Numbered from the stretch's first letter, positions 1-10,689 are shown. The stretch: 64,000 bases of DNA from Bacteroidota bacterium (GCA_013360915.1 JABWAT010000001.1:468981-532980); one strand, 5' to 3'. Numbers and translations are program-made. The notes: generated by a model not told the origin, from the sequence alone.

Positions 1-1
1 C

Positions 2-1054
2 GAATTCTTCTATTCCGCGAAGAACTGCTTCTGCTCCCTCGGGAGTGGTCGCCTGGTGTCCGTGAGTGGCCGCATCGAGGTGACCAGCCGTCCGGTACAA
101 CATGGAATCACCTGCATAATTCCGGATGGCCATTTCGGCGATTTTATGCTGAATGGCGCCGAAGGTCCCGATGGTAACACCGAACTGTTTGCGTTCATTG
201 GCATATTTAACGGCTTCAGTCATGACGTATTTCGATGCCCCGATGGTTGAGGCCCCCAATTTGAAACGACCGACATTCAGGATATTGAAGGCAATTTTGT
301 GGCCCTTCCCGATTTCACCCAACACACGATCAGCCGGTATCACACAATTGTCCAGCTTGACAACGCGGGTCGAGGATCCTTTGATGCCCATTTTCTTCTC
401 TTCAGCGCCCAAAGAGACCCCGGAATCGGTGCGTTCCACAATGAAACCGGTGAACTGTTCCCCATCCACTTTGGCAAAAACCACAAATACATCGGCGAAT
501 CCTGCATTGGTAATCCACATTTTCTCACCATTGAGAATCCACGATTTCCCATCTGCCGATTTTTCTGCCTTTGCTTTTGCTCCCAGTGCATCAGACCCTG
601 AACCCGCCTCGGTCAGTGCATAGGCGCCCAAGTATTCACCCGAGGCCAATTTTGGGATATACTTTTTCTTTTGTTCCTCTGTTCCGAAGTATAGAATCGG
701 GAGGGTTCCGATTCCGGTGTGGGCTCCGAGTGAAACCGCAAAAGAGGCACCTTTTCCCGAATAATCCGCAATGATGATCGAGGTGGTTTTATCCACTTCC
801 ATGCCACCGTACGCCTCTGGAACCGACACCTGAAACAAGCCTTGTTCACCTGCCTTTTTCATGATACCTGCCAACAGGCCTTCTTTCATTGCATCGATAT
901 CGTCGAGGTGAGGCATGACCTCCTGCTCAACAAATCCATTCACGAGTTCGGCAATCATGTTGTGTTCATCCGAAAATTGTTCCGGTGTGAAAACTTCTCC
1001 GGCAGATACTTCTCTTATCAGAAAATCGCCGCCTTTTATTGAAGAGTTACCCAT
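2..1054 (-). CDS. Acyl-CoA dehydrogenase (FadE/AcdA-like), 3' end runs off the left edge of the window
   Basis: Not in the ORF track because it is truncated. Read manually from ATG at 1054: MGNSSIKGGDFLIREVSAGEVFTPEQFSDEHNMI..., then AYALTEAGSGSDALGAKA, NGEKMWITNAG and EEKKMGIKGSSTR, all acyl-CoA dehydrogenase motifs. Lies downstream of the thiolase. Confidence 0.93.
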   Translation of the reverse strand, partial: MGNSSIKGGDFLIREVSAGEVFTPEQFSDEHNMIAELVNGFVEQEVMPHLDDIDAMKEGLLAGIMKKAGEQGLFQVSVPEAYGGMEVDKTTSIIIADYSGKGASFAVSLGAHTGIGTLPILYFGTEEQKKKYIPKLASGEYLGAYALTEAGSGSDALGAKAKAEKSADGKSWILNGEKMWITNAGFADVFVVFAKVDGEQFTGFIVERTDSGVSLGAEEKKMGIKGSSTRVVKLDNCVIPADRVLGEIGKGHKIAFNILNVGRFKLGASTIGASKYVMTEAVKYANERKQFGVTIGTFGAIQHKIAEMAIRNYAGDSMLYRTAGHLDAATHGHQATTPEGAEAVLRGIEEF

Positions 1055-1255
1055 GTGGAATTCCTTTTATAAATTGTCAAAGTGTCCTGATGTCTGAATT
1101 TGTTCTGATTGGATGAAATCACTGACAGAACGAACAGTTTAACTCCACCCTTTCCGTCCGGTCAGACGCGCATCTTCCATGAAAACAACTCATTAAAAAA
1201 AGCAGGGGTTTGAGTTCATCATTCATCGCTTTTACCCAGAAAACCAGTCAACAGA

Positions 1256-1325
1256 CCCTCACCCCTTCCCTCTCCGGCGGAGAGGGTGAATTTCCATATT
1301 CCGGTCCCTGAGCGGAGCCGAAGGG
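1256..1325. repeat. Two REP-like palindromic elements in the thiolase/acyl-CoA dehydrogenase intergenic region
   Basis: CCCTCACCCCTTCCCTCTCC-GGC-GGAGAGGGTG (1256-1288) and GTCCCTGAGCGGAGCCGAAGGG (1304-1325). Both resemble common extragenic repeat families; copy number cannot be checked here. Confidence 0.5.
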
Positions 1326-1362
1326 CTGAATTCTGAATTCCTTCTTCTGACTCCTGCCTTTC

Positions 1363-2544
1363 TCACCCCAGTCGTTCAAAAATGCCGGCGACTCCCTGTC
1401 CTCCACCCACACAGGCGGTAACCATGCCGTATTTCACCGACCGCCGCTTCATCTCATTGATGAGCTGAACGGAGAGCTTGGTGCCGGTACAACCCAGCGG
1501 GTGACCGAGAGCAATGGCTCCTCCGTTGACGTTCACTGTGTCCGGATTTAACCCTGCCTGACGGATGACAGCCAGCGATTGAGCTGCAAACGCTTCATTC
1601 AGTTCGGTCAGTCCGATATCCTGAATGGATAAACCAGCCTGACGGGTAGCCAGAGGAATGGCTTCGACCGGACCGATGCCCATGATTTCGGGATGGACAC
1701 CCGCCACCTGATAACTTACCAATCGCGCAACCGGAGTGAGGTTTAATTCCTTAACGACCTTTTCTGAAACAATCAGAACGGCGGCTGCCCCATCCGAGGT
1801 CTGACTGGAATTACCTGCCGTTACGGTTCCTCCGGTCAGAAAGACCGGTTTCAGTTGGGCCAACCGTTCTGGTGTGGTATCTGCACGGGGTCCTTCATCG
1901 GTCTGAACAGTCAGTGTCTCTTTTGCCAGCTTCCCTTTGTCATTCAGCCAGGTTCGTTCAAGTGTTATGGGGACCAGTTCGGCGTTAAATACACCGGACT
2001 GAATGGCAGCAAGTGCTTTCTGATGACTCTGGAAGGCAAACTGATCCTGATCTTCACGGGAAATTCCATATTTCGCCTGAACCAGTTCAGCAGTCAGACC
2101 CATTCCGAGGTAATAATTGGGAATGGTATCAACCAATTTCGGATTCGGGGCGATTTTAAATCCGCCCATGGGAACCAGACTCATGCTTTCTGCCCCACCG
2201 GCAATAACCACGTCGGCCATTCCGGCGCGGATTTTGGCAACGGCTATGGCAATGGTCTCCAATCCGCTGGCACAGAACCGGTTTACTGTCATTCCCGGAA
2301 CCGAAATCGGAAGGTCGGCCAACAGAGACACCATCCGGCCCATGTTAAATCCCTGCTCAGCCTCCGGCATGGCGCATCCGATGATGATGTCGTTGATCCG
2401 GGCCGGATCCAGTGCGGGTACCGACCGGACCAGTTGCCTGACCACGTCTGCTGCCAGATCATCCGGTCGGGCAAAACGCAGATTTCCTTTTCCCGCTTTT
2501 CCTACCGGTGTACGTAAACCGGCAACGATATAGGCTTCGGTCAT
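1363..2544 (-). CDS. fadA: Acetyl-CoA C-acyltransferase (3-ketoacyl-CoA thiolase)
   Basis: NRFCASG (catalytic Cys), NEAFA, GHPLGCTG and CVGGGQG thiolase motifs. Confidence 0.95.
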   Translation of the reverse strand: MTEAYIVAGLRTPVGKAGKGNLRFARPDDLAADVVRQLVRSVPALDPARINDIIIGCAMPEAEQGFNMGRMVSLLADLPISVPGMTVNRFCASGLETIAIAVAKIRAGMADVVIAGGAESMSLVPMGGFKIAPNPKLVDTIPNYYLGMGLTAELVQAKYGISREDQDQFAFQSHQKALAAIQSGVFNAELVPITLERTWLNDKGKLAKETLTVQTDEGPRADTTPERLAQLKPVFLTGGTVTAGNSSQTSDGAAAVLIVSEKVVKELNLTPVARLVSYQVAGVHPEIMGIGPVEAIPLATRQAGLSIQDIGLTELNEAFAAQSLAVIRQAGLNPDTVNVNGGAIALGHPLGCTGTKLSVQLINEMKRRSVKYGMVTACVGGGQGVAGIFERLG

Positions 2545-2618
2545 GTTGATATGTGGTAAATGGTGAATAGTGATTGAATGTTACCTGTTACTGCCTGTTC
2601 GAAGGTGACCTTCAAACC

Positions 2619-5021
2619 CTAATTTCTGAGAGGTTTTCCTGTTTTTAACATGTGCTGAATGCGCTCGAGCGTCCGGCGGTCTCCGCATAAACTCAGAAAG
2701 GCTTCCCGTTCCAGATCGAGCAGATATTGCTCGGAGACTCTGGTTTCTTCGCTGAGGTTACCACCGCACATGATGTAGCCCAGTTTTTCGGCAACGACCT
2801 TGTCATAATCCGTGATCTGTTTGGCCATCCACATGAGATGAATACTCATTTTAACCGTTGCAAGCCCTCCCCTGCCCGGTACCCGGATATCGGTACGAGG
2901 AGCCGGTTTATGGTAACCGGCTGCAGCCAGGGACATGGCACGACTTTTTGCATCGGCCAATTGCCGGTCTGCATTCATGGTTTCACCATCCGACGGACGC
3001 AGAATACCCATTTCAAGTGCCTCTCGCGCACTGGTAGCAACCTTTGCCGTTCCCATCACCATAAAGGCATCGCGCAGATTCTGCAGATAGACACCGCCAT
3101 CGGCCACTTTGTCCATGGCGCGCATCATCATTTCTTTGGTGCCACCTCCGGCGGGTATCAGTCCAACACCGACCTCGACCAGCCCGATATACGTTTCGGC
3201 CAGCGCCTGCACGTGGTCGGCATGCAGAACCAATTCACAGCCACCACCCAACGTCAGATGATGGGGAGCAACCACCACCGGAACCGACGAATACCGGACC
3301 CGCATGGTCATTTTCTGGAACTGTCTGACCATCAGATCAATTTCGTCCCATTCCCCTTCATTGGCGGCCATGAGCAGCAAAGCCAGATTGGCACCAGCCG
3401 AAAAATTCTGTCCCTGATTGCCAATAACCAGCCCGTCAAATTCCTTCTCAGCCCGGTCAATTGCCTTGATAACCATAGAAACGGTATCGGGACCAATGCT
3501 GTTCATTTTCGAATGAAACTCCAGACCGAGAATGCCATCACCCAGATCGATCATCGAGGCAGCAGCATTTTTCTCAACCACATGCGAGGAACGGCGATCA
3601 TCCAGCAGGAGGTATTTTTTGGATTCCGATACCTGATGTATCGTCTTTCCGGCTGGATGGTACACAACTCTTCCCGTGCCTTCACGTCGGTAGAACGTGG
3701 TTTGTCCCGATTGGACCATGTCACGGACCCATCCGGCTGGTGTGACACCTGCCTTGTCCATATCGGCAAGCACCTTCTGAACGCCTAATACATCCCACAA
3801 CTCAAACGGACCCAATTCCCAGCCAAATCCGCCCCGGAGGGCAAGATCAATATTCTCGGGTGAATCTGAGATTTCCGTAATGCGGTTCGACGCATAGGCA
3901 AGCAGGTCGAGAGTTAGTCGCCGCCAGGTTTCAGCCGCCTTGTCCATGCCACCGTAGATCATTTTCAGGCGGGTTCTAAGGTCATCCACCGGTTTGGTCA
4001 TCTCAATGGTTGGAAAGCTGACTTTCTTTTTTGGATGATAGGTAAGCGTTTCCAGATTCAGGGTATGAATCTCTGATTTGCCTTCAGCCGATTTGACCTT
4101 TTTGAAAAAACCCTGTCCCTTTTTATCACCCAGCCAACCGTTGGCCACCAGGGTGGTTAAAAAGGCCGGAATGTTAAACACATCCCGCTTCTCATCATGA
4201 ACCAACACCTCATGCAGGTGCGACGCAACCAATACCAGCGTATCGAGGCCGACCAGATCGGCCGTTCTGAAGGTTGCCGATTTCGGGCGTCCGGTCAGCG
4301 GACCGGAAATGGCTTCGATTTCGTCGATTCCCAAACCAGTTTCTGCCATAACCCTGAACGTATTCATCATGCCGAATACCCCGATCCGGTTTGCAATAAA
4401 ATCGGGTGTATCCTTGCATTCAACCGTTGATTTTCCCAGATAGCGGTCGCCGAAGTCCAGCACAAAATCGACCACTTCCCGTTTGGTAAAAGGAGTGGGT
4501 ACCACCTCGAGTAAACGCAGATACCGGGGGGGATTGAAAAAGTGAGTTCCCAGAAAATGAGCCTTAAAATCCTCTGAGCGGCCCGTCAGCATCTGATGTA
4601 CCGGAATTCCACTGGTATTCGTCGAAACCAGACTTCCTGATTTGCGGTATTGATCCACCCTTTCAAAGACCGATTGCTTAATGTCGAGTCTTTCAATCAC
4701 GGCTTCGAGAATCCAGTCGGACTCTTTAATCAAAGGAAAATGATCATCGAAGTTTCCGGTTTTCACCCGTGCAGCAAGGGATTTCGAGTAAAAGGCGGCC
4801 GGATCTGATTTGCGGGCATTTTCAAGTCCGGAATCAGCCAACCGGTTTCTGACGGATGGATCGGTCAGGGACAGTCCCTTTTTTTCCTCATCAGGGGTCA
4901 GAGAAGAAGGGGTGATATCGAGTAAAAGCACGTCTATCCCGGCATTGGTCAGGTGGGCAGCCAGCCGGCAACCCATCACCCCTGCTCCCAAAACGGTTGC
5001 GTGGCGGATGATCCGCTTCAT
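2619..5021 (-). CDS. fadN: 3-hydroxyacyl-CoA dehydrogenase / enoyl-CoA hydratase fusion (FadN type)
   Basis: N-terminal GAGVMG Rossmann fold, HFFNPPRY, C-terminal crotonase motifs FSAGANL and GGGCE, ending TGKPLRN. Confidence 0.93.
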   Translation of the reverse strand: MKRIIRHATVLGAGVMGCRLAAHLTNAGIDVLLLDITPSSLTPDEEKKGLSLTDPSVRNRLADSGLENARKSDPAAFYSKSLAARVKTGNFDDHFPLIKESDWILEAVIERLDIKQSVFERVDQYRKSGSLVSTNTSGIPVHQMLTGRSEDFKAHFLGTHFFNPPRYLRLLEVVPTPFTKREVVDFVLDFGDRYLGKSTVECKDTPDFIANRIGVFGMMNTFRVMAETGLGIDEIEAISGPLTGRPKSATFRTADLVGLDTLVLVASHLHEVLVHDEKRDVFNIPAFLTTLVANGWLGDKKGQGFFKKVKSAEGKSEIHTLNLETLTYHPKKKVSFPTIEMTKPVDDLRTRLKMIYGGMDKAAETWRRLTLDLLAYASNRITEISDSPENIDLALRGGFGWELGPFELWDVLGVQKVLADMDKAGVTPAGWVRDMVQSGQTTFYRREGTGRVVYHPAGKTIHQVSESKKYLLLDDRRSSHVVEKNAAASMIDLGDGILGLEFHSKMNSIGPDTVSMVIKAIDRAEKEFDGLVIGNQGQNFSAGANLALLLMAANEGEWDEIDLMVRQFQKMTMRVRYSSVPVVVAPHHLTLGGGCELVLHADHVQALAETYIGLVEVGVGLIPAGGGTKEMMMRAMDKVADGGVYLQNLRDAFMVMGTAKVATSAREALEMGILRPSDGETMNADRQLADAKSRAMSLAAAGYHKPAPRTDIRVPGRGGLATVKMSIHLMWMAKQITDYDKVVAEKLGYIMCGGNLSEETRVSEQYLLDLEREAFLSLCGDRRTLERIQHMLKTGKPLRN

Positions 5022-5106
5022 GGAATCTCCATCAATTAGGTAATCTCCGGGTACTTTCCCGGAATGGTCAATCGGGTGGGCCTGTGAAATCGCAGGGCCG
5101 GAAGGG

Positions 5107-5136
5107 AAAAGAACCGGCTGGTAAAAACCAGCCGGT
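5107..5136 (-). terminator. Putative intrinsic terminator downstream of the acyl-CoA ligase
   Basis: Perfect 10-bp stem ACCGGCTGGT-AAAA-ACCAGCCGGT, followed on the minus strand by TCTTTT. Confidence 0.55.
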
Positions 5137-5200
5137 AAAAGGCAAATATACTATCGGTCCGGATTATTTACGGATGATCTTATCCGTTAATTCCATTTAA

Positions 5201-6988
5201 TCAGTGCTCTGACTCGGATCCGGCATAAATCTCGGCTACCTGAGCGGCATATTTTTCCAGGATGACCTTGCGCCTTGGCTTCAGGGTGGGTGTCAGTTCA
5301 CCACTGTCGATGGTCCATTCATGGTGCAGAAGTCGAAACTGCTTAATCCGCTCGGATTGGCTGAGGCGTTCATTCACTTTGTCAATCTCGCGCTGAATCA
5401 GGTCAATTACTTCAGGTGTATGCGTCATTTCATAATTATCAGGCAGTTTAGTGTGCTTCTTTTTCAGGTAATCGGTCAGCTGAACAAATGAAGGCACGAT
5501 CAGTGCAGCAGCAAAATTCTTTCCTTCGCCGATCACCATGGCCTGTTCAATAAACCGGCTGGCTTTCAGTTCATTTTCAATGGGTTGAGGGGCAATATAC
5601 CTTCCACCCGATGTTTTGAACATTTCCTTCTTTCGATCGGTGATAAACAGGTACCCATCCGAATCCAGGTGACCGATATCGCCTGTGTAAAACCAGCCAT
5701 CCCTGATAACCTCGGCGGTTGCCTCTGGCTTTTTGTAATAACCCCGCATGATGTTCGGACCCCGGGCCAGAATTTCACCTTCCCCGGAAATCATCACCTC
5801 CACTCCCGGAACGACTGGTCCGATGGATCCCATTCTGTTTCGTTTAATGGTATTCACACTGATAACGGGAGAGGTTTCGGTGAGGCCGTAGCCCTGAAGC
5901 ACCTTGATCTTTCCGGCTGAAAACACACGTGCCAGTTTTGGTGACAAGGCTGCTCCGCCTGCCACAATAAACCGGATGTTATCACCCAACGCTTCACGCC
6001 ATTTCGAAAAGATCAGTTTATTGGCCAGGTGCAGCTGGAAATTGTACCACAATCCCATGTTGGTTTCCGGATCATACCGCTTTGCCAGATTGAGGGCCCA
6101 GAAAAACAATTGCTTTTTAAGCCCCTTCAGCGCAGCACCTTTGGCTACGATTTTGTCATAAACTTTTTCGAGTAACCGCGGAACAGTGGTAAACAAATCC
6201 GGTTTCACTTCTTTCAGATTGTCGGCAATGGTATCCATGCTTTCCGCATAATAAACACCCAGACCTGTGTACTGGTAGAAATAGTTCACCATCCGCTCAA
6301 AGGAATGGCACAGAGGCAGAAAACTGAGTGTTCGGTCCTTGCCGGGCTGAACGTCTAACACATCCTGACAGGCCAATACGTTACTGACGATATTGGCATG
6401 AGTCAGCATGACCCCTTTTGGTTCGCCGGTGGTACCAGAGGTGTAGATCAGAGTGGCCAGATCTTCGGGCGTTACCTGAGCCTTTAATTCCTGGATCAGA
6501 TGAGGTTTCTCACCTGCAAGTTTTTCTCCTGCATGGAGCACATCCTTCCAGAAAGGCATCCCCTCAATGTTATTGATGGTATAAACCGTTTTGCAGGTTT
6601 TCAATTGTTTATACGAGGGGGAAAACCGTTCATGAAGCACTTCACTGCTGACAAAGAAATATTTGATTTCGGCGTCGTTTAGAATGTACTCCATCTGTTC
6701 AAGAGCCGAGGTCGGATAAACCGGTACCAGGACGGCCCCGATCGATTGACATCCCAGATCGATGAAGTTCCATTCGGGTCGGTTTTCAGAAACCAGTCCG
6801 ATGGTATCCCCTTTTCTGATTCCGAGTGAATACAACCCGAGTCCGAAAAATTCTGACAATCGGATACACTCTTCGGTGGAATACCGGATCCATCGGCCAT
6901 TGACTTTGTTACAAATGGCATCGAAGCGGTTGTGGCGGGTTTTTGCAAATTCGAGAAGTTCAAACAACCGGGTCGGTTGAGCAGACAT
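5201..6988 (-). CDS. Long-chain fatty acid--CoA ligase (AMP-dependent synthetase)
   Basis: IYTSGTTGEPKGV, GYGLTET, GWFYTGDIG and ELTPTLK motifs. Confidence 0.93.
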   Translation of the reverse strand: MSAQPTRLFELLEFAKTRHNRFDAICNKVNGRWIRYSTEECIRLSEFFGLGLYSLGIRKGDTIGLVSENRPEWNFIDLGCQSIGAVLVPVYPTSALEQMEYILNDAEIKYFFVSSEVLHERFSPSYKQLKTCKTVYTINNIEGMPFWKDVLHAGEKLAGEKPHLIQELKAQVTPEDLATLIYTSGTTGEPKGVMLTHANIVSNVLACQDVLDVQPGKDRTLSFLPLCHSFERMVNYFYQYTGLGVYYAESMDTIADNLKEVKPDLFTTVPRLLEKVYDKIVAKGAALKGLKKQLFFWALNLAKRYDPETNMGLWYNFQLHLANKLIFSKWREALGDNIRFIVAGGAALSPKLARVFSAGKIKVLQGYGLTETSPVISVNTIKRNRMGSIGPVVPGVEVMISGEGEILARGPNIMRGYYKKPEATAEVIRDGWFYTGDIGHLDSDGYLFITDRKKEMFKTSGGRYIAPQPIENELKASRFIEQAMVIGEGKNFAAALIVPSFVQLTDYLKKKHTKLPDNYEMTHTPEVIDLIQREIDKVNERLSQSERIKQFRLLHHEWTIDSGELTPTLKPRRKVILEKYAAQVAEIYAGSESEH

Positions 6989-7064
6989 ACATCACCTCTG
7001 AAACAAATTCGTTACGGATTGCGATTTGCAGAAGAAAGAAAGCAACCGGAAAACCGGCAGAGGA

Positions 7065-7619
7065 TCATCCTCTGACTTTCCATTCAGTTTCTGAGACACC
7101 GGACTGAAGATTCACGTACCGGGCGATGATGAAAAGAAGATCTGAAAGACGATTTAAATATACAATGATATTTTCAAATTCCGGAGAGGATTCAGAGAGT
7201 TGAACCACGATCCGTTCTGCCCGACGGCAAACCGTTCGGGCAACGTGAAGATGAGCAGCCAGAGGAGTTCCTCCGGGAAGGACAAAAAACCGGAAAGGCG
7301 GACAGGCAGCCTGATAAAAGTCGATTTGTTTTTCGATTTCCCTGATATGATGATCCGAGATCCGTGGAACCTGCGAGGGTCCTGAGGCGGTCACGGGTGT
7401 GGCCAGATCTGCGCCCAGAACAAACAGGTCATTCTGGATGGATTTCAGCAGTTCATCTTCCCTTTGAAAATCTGCTGCAACGGTCCGGCCCAATCCGATC
7501 ACCGAATTGGTTTCATCAACGGTCCCATAAGCTTCAACACGGAGAGATGCTTTGCTGACCCGCTGCCCTCCGAAAAGTGAGGTGGTTCCCTGGTCTCCGG
7601 TTTTGGTATATAATTTCAT
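7065..7619 (-). CDS. Cob(I)yrinic acid a,c-diamide adenosyltransferase (PduO type)
   Basis: MKLYTKTGDQGTT, YGTVDE, ARTVCRRAER and YLNRLSDLLF motifs. Start placed at ATG 7619, which forms an ATGA overlap with the MFS stop. Confidence 0.93.
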   Translation of the reverse strand: MKLYTKTGDQGTTSLFGGQRVSKASLRVEAYGTVDETNSVIGLGRTVAADFQREDELLKSIQNDLFVLGADLATPVTASGPSQVPRISDHHIREIEKQIDFYQAACPPFRFFVLPGGTPLAAHLHVARTVCRRAERIVVQLSESSPEFENIIVYLNRLSDLLFIIARYVNLQSGVSETEWKVRG

Positions 7620-8821
7620 GATCTGGTCAGGTCCGGTTTCAAATGATTCCAAATTAATAACAACCCCAGGCCCATTAAAGTTGCACCAGCCCAAAGAGGT
7701 AATCCCGGAGGTCCTGCCGTAAATGCCAGCCCACCGGTCACCGGTCCGACAATCCGGCCCAGACTTCCGAAACCCTGAGAAAGGCCAAGGATTTTGCCCT
7801 GATCATCCTGATGGGTCATTCCTGAAATCAGTCCATTCATGCTGGGCGAAAAAAGAGCCAGACCAAAGGAGTAACTCACAATTCCGATGTATAGCAACCA
7901 CAGCGAATCCGGACTCATCAGGGATAAAATTACCAACGACAACATGGTAAACCACAATCCGCTGATAATTAAAAACCTGTTTCCGAAGCGCTGTGTCAGC
8001 GGACCAATCAGCACACCCTGAACCACGGCCGTAACAATGCCGATTACGGTAAAGATCAGGCCAAATTCGCGGGCACTGAATTGAAGCACCGATTCAAGTA
8101 TCAATGCAAACGTTCCTTCAAACATTGCATGCCCGGTTATCACCACCCAGACAATCAGGATGAGGAAAAACACCGGATTCCGGTCCTGCCGCAACCGGAG
8201 AAAGTCGGTGAACGGCCGGTGGACAGCCAACCACTGAAAAGGTTTCTGCCGGTTTCGTGCGCGTACTGCCGGTTGCTGGGATTCCGGAAGAAACCACCAG
8301 GCAAAAACGAAATTGAGGACTGAAAGTGAGGCGGCCACCAGACCGGGGACCATGTAGCCAAAGGGAGAAAGCAGCCCTCCCAGCGCCGGTCCAACAATAA
8401 ATCCGAGTCCGAATGCAGCACCGAAAAGCCCCATTCCCTTTGCCCGGTTTTCGGTGGTGGTAATGTCAGCAATATAGGCCTGAGCCGCCCCAAAATTGGC
8501 GGTAAATACGCCACCAAGCAACCGGGCCATAAACAAACTGGTAAGGGAACCTGCAACGGCAAACCAACCATAGGCACAAGCCGTACCGGCAATGGAAATC
8601 AGGAGGACCGGCCGGCGACCGAAACGGTCACTAAGCCCACCCCAGAAAGGAGAGAACAGAAATTGCATCAGCGAGTAAATGGTAGACAGGAAAGTCACCA
8701 TCAGGGGTGAGGCATCAAATGCCAAGGCATAATACGGAAGCAGCGGAATGATCATTCCGAATCCGATCAGATCGATGAAGACCGTCAGAAAAATGATCAG
8801 AAGTGAAGGTTTGGACCGCAT
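7616..8821 (-). CDS. MFS transporter, DHA1/TetA-like family
   Basis: About 12 hydrophobic segments, motif A (GGLSDRFGRRP) and motif C (GFIVGPALGG). Start placed at ATG 8821, just downstream of a TATCTTTG promoter box. Confidence 0.88.
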   Translation of the reverse strand: MRSKPSLLIIFLTVFIDLIGFGMIIPLLPYYALAFDASPLMVTFLSTIYSLMQFLFSPFWGGLSDRFGRRPVLLISIAGTACAYGWFAVAGSLTSLFMARLLGGVFTANFGAAQAYIADITTTENRAKGMGLFGAAFGLGFIVGPALGGLLSPFGYMVPGLVAASLSVLNFVFAWWFLPESQQPAVRARNRQKPFQWLAVHRPFTDFLRLRQDRNPVFFLILIVWVVITGHAMFEGTFALILESVLQFSAREFGLIFTVIGIVTAVVQGVLIGPLTQRFGNRFLIISGLWFTMLSLVILSLMSPDSLWLLYIGIVSYSFGLALFSPSMNGLISGMTHQDDQGKILGLSQGFGSLGRIVGPVTGGLAFTAGPPGLPLWAGATLMGLGLLLIWNHLKPDLTRS

Positions 8822-8844
8822 GTGTTCCCGGTTATTCAAAGGGC

Positions 8845-8852
8845 CAAAGATA
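8845..8852 (-). promoter_or_regulatory. Bacteroidota-type -7 promoter element (TAnnTTTG) for the MFS gene
   Basis: Minus strand reads TATCTTTG, about 24 nt upstream of ATG 8821. Confidence 0.5.
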
Positions 8853-8979
8853 GCCTTCCGCCTTGCTTTATAAAATTGACCAGATGGGTAACCATCCGAA
8901 GAGACCTGACGGACCATTCCGGTGGGTCTTGAAATGAAATCAGCAATTGTTCATCTTACCGGTTTTTAAGGAATGACCG

Positions 8980-10689
8980 ATGATCAGCACGGCTCCCTCT
9001 TCAGTTTCCACCATACCCGACCTTTTCCATCAATCGGCTGCACGGTATGCAGACCGGCCCGCACTTGCCATGATTAACGGACCGACACTGACCTATCTGG
9101 ATGTAAGCCATCGGGTCATGCAGCTTGCCAAAATGCTTAACGATGAGGGAATCACCTCGGGTGACCGGGTGGCCATCTATTCAGAAAATCACATGAACTG
9201 GGGCATTGCTTACCTTGCCATACAGGAGGCGGGCGGTGTGGTGGTACCGATTCTGCCTGATTTTCACACGGGTGCCGTCAGCCATATTCTCCGTCATTCC
9301 GAGGCCAGGGCTGTTTTCACTTCACCACGTCTGTTAAACCGACTCGACGAATCTCCAGCCAAATTCACCATCAACCTGGAAACCTTTCAGATATCGCGGG
9401 GAGGCAAAACCTGGGAGACTCTGCTTCGTCTTGGTGAAGCGGCCCTGACCAACCTGAAAGCACGGGCACGTCGTTTTCTTCATTCAGCGCATGAAAAGGA
9501 ATCCCCCTCGCTTGCAGTGATCATTTATACGTCTGGCACCACCGGACATTCAAAAGGGGTGATGCTGACCCATCAGAACCTGATTGCTAACATCCAGAGC
9601 GTCAGGAAACTGGTCCATATTGTTGAAACAGACCGCTTTCTGTCGCTTCTGCCATTGGCACATACTTTTGAGTGCACCCTTGGATTTCTAACGCCGCTCT
9701 CTGCCGGTGCCAGTGTTCATTATCTTGACCGGGCCCCGACCGCACCTGTGCTTCTGCCGGCACTGCAAACCGTCCGTCCCACGGTGATGCTTTCTGTACC
9801 GCTGATCATTGAAAAAATTTACAAGCAAAAAATCATTCCCGCTTTCCATGGCAATTTCATCATCAGAAATGTGTATGGGTTGCCTCCATTCAGGAAACTG
9901 TTAAACAAGAAAGCCGGAAAAAAGCTCTTACAGACCTTTGGCGGAGAGTTGAAATTATTTTGCATTGGTGGAGCGGCCCTTGCCCCGGATACTGAATTCT
10001 TCTTACGGGAGGCAGGCTTTCCCTATTGCATTGGTTATGGACTGACTGAAACATCACCGCTTGTTACCGGGACTCCCCCCGAAACCACACGACTCCGGTC
10101 GGCCGGAAAAGCCATTCTGAACGTACAAGTCCGGATTGATCACCCCGATCCGGTAACAGGTGCGGGTGAAATCTGGGTAAAAGGGCCAAATGTTATGGCC
10201 GGGTATTACCGTGATCCGGAAAAAACAGCCGAGGTGCTTTCTCAGGATGGATGGTTTCACACGGGTGATCTGGGATATATTGACGAGGATGGTTACCTGT
10301 TCATCAAAGGACGATCAAAGAATATGATTCTTGGTCCTTCCGGCGAGAATATCTATCCGGAAGAATTGGAGTCCCTTCTGAATGAACATGATTGGGTCTC
10401 GGAAAGTCTGGTTCTTGAAGATGGTAAAGAAATCGTTGCAAGGGTTTTTCTTAACTCTGAAATTATAGATCAGGAATTGGCAAAGCACGCCACCAATGAA
10501 GCCGGAGCCAGGAAACGAATTCTGGCCTTTTTTGAGGAACTGAAATCTGCTGTTAACCAACGGACTTCAAAATTTGCAAAAATTGCCCGGATTATCGAAC
10601 AACCAGAACCTTTCGAGAAGACCCCGACTCAGAAAATCAAAAGGTTTCTTTATACTACAAAATCGGCTGGCGGAGATCCATCAATGTAA
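8980..10689 (+). CDS. AMP-binding long-chain acyl-CoA synthetase
   Basis: IYTSGTTGHSKGV, GYGLTET, GWFHTGDLG and FEKTPTQKIKR motifs. Confidence 0.92.
   Translation: MISTAPSSVSTIPDLFHQSAARYADRPALAMINGPTLTYLDVSHRVMQLAKMLNDEGITSGDRVAIYSENHMNWGIAYLAIQEAGGVVVPILPDFHTGAVSHILRHSEARAVFTSPRLLNRLDESPAKFTINLETFQISRGGKTWETLLRLGEAALTNLKARARRFLHSAHEKESPSLAVIIYTSGTTGHSKGVMLTHQNLIANIQSVRKLVHIVETDRFLSLLPLAHTFECTLGFLTPLSAGASVHYLDRAPTAPVLLPALQTVRPTVMLSVPLIIEKIYKQKIIPAFHGNFIIRNVYGLPPFRKLLNKKAGKKLLQTFGGELKLFCIGGAALAPDTEFFLREAGFPYCIGYGLTETSPLVTGTPPETTRLRSAGKAILNVQVRIDHPDPVTGAGEIWVKGPNVMAGYYRDPEKTAEVLSQDGWFHTGDLGYIDEDGYLFIKGRSKNMILGPSGENIYPEELESLLNEHDWVSESLVLEDGKEIVARVFLNSEIIDQELAKHATNEAGARKRILAFFEELKSAVNQRTSKFAKIARIIEQPEPFEKTPTQKIKRFLYTTKSAGGDPSM

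Noticed and set aside
2727-3788. 353-aa plus-strand ORF (also 1855-2517, 27999-28649, 38327-38965, 56407-57171)
   Set aside because: Antisense shadows of well-supported minus-strand genes, with no recognisable motifs.
5143-5150. TATATTTG as the fadN promoter
   Set aside because: It matches TAnnTTTG but lies immediately upstream of a terminator-like hairpin, so its role is ambiguous and it is not called.
7616-8821. Tetracycline resistance gene tetA
   Set aside because: Generic DHA1-family motifs only, no tetR and no mobile context. Substrate is unknown.
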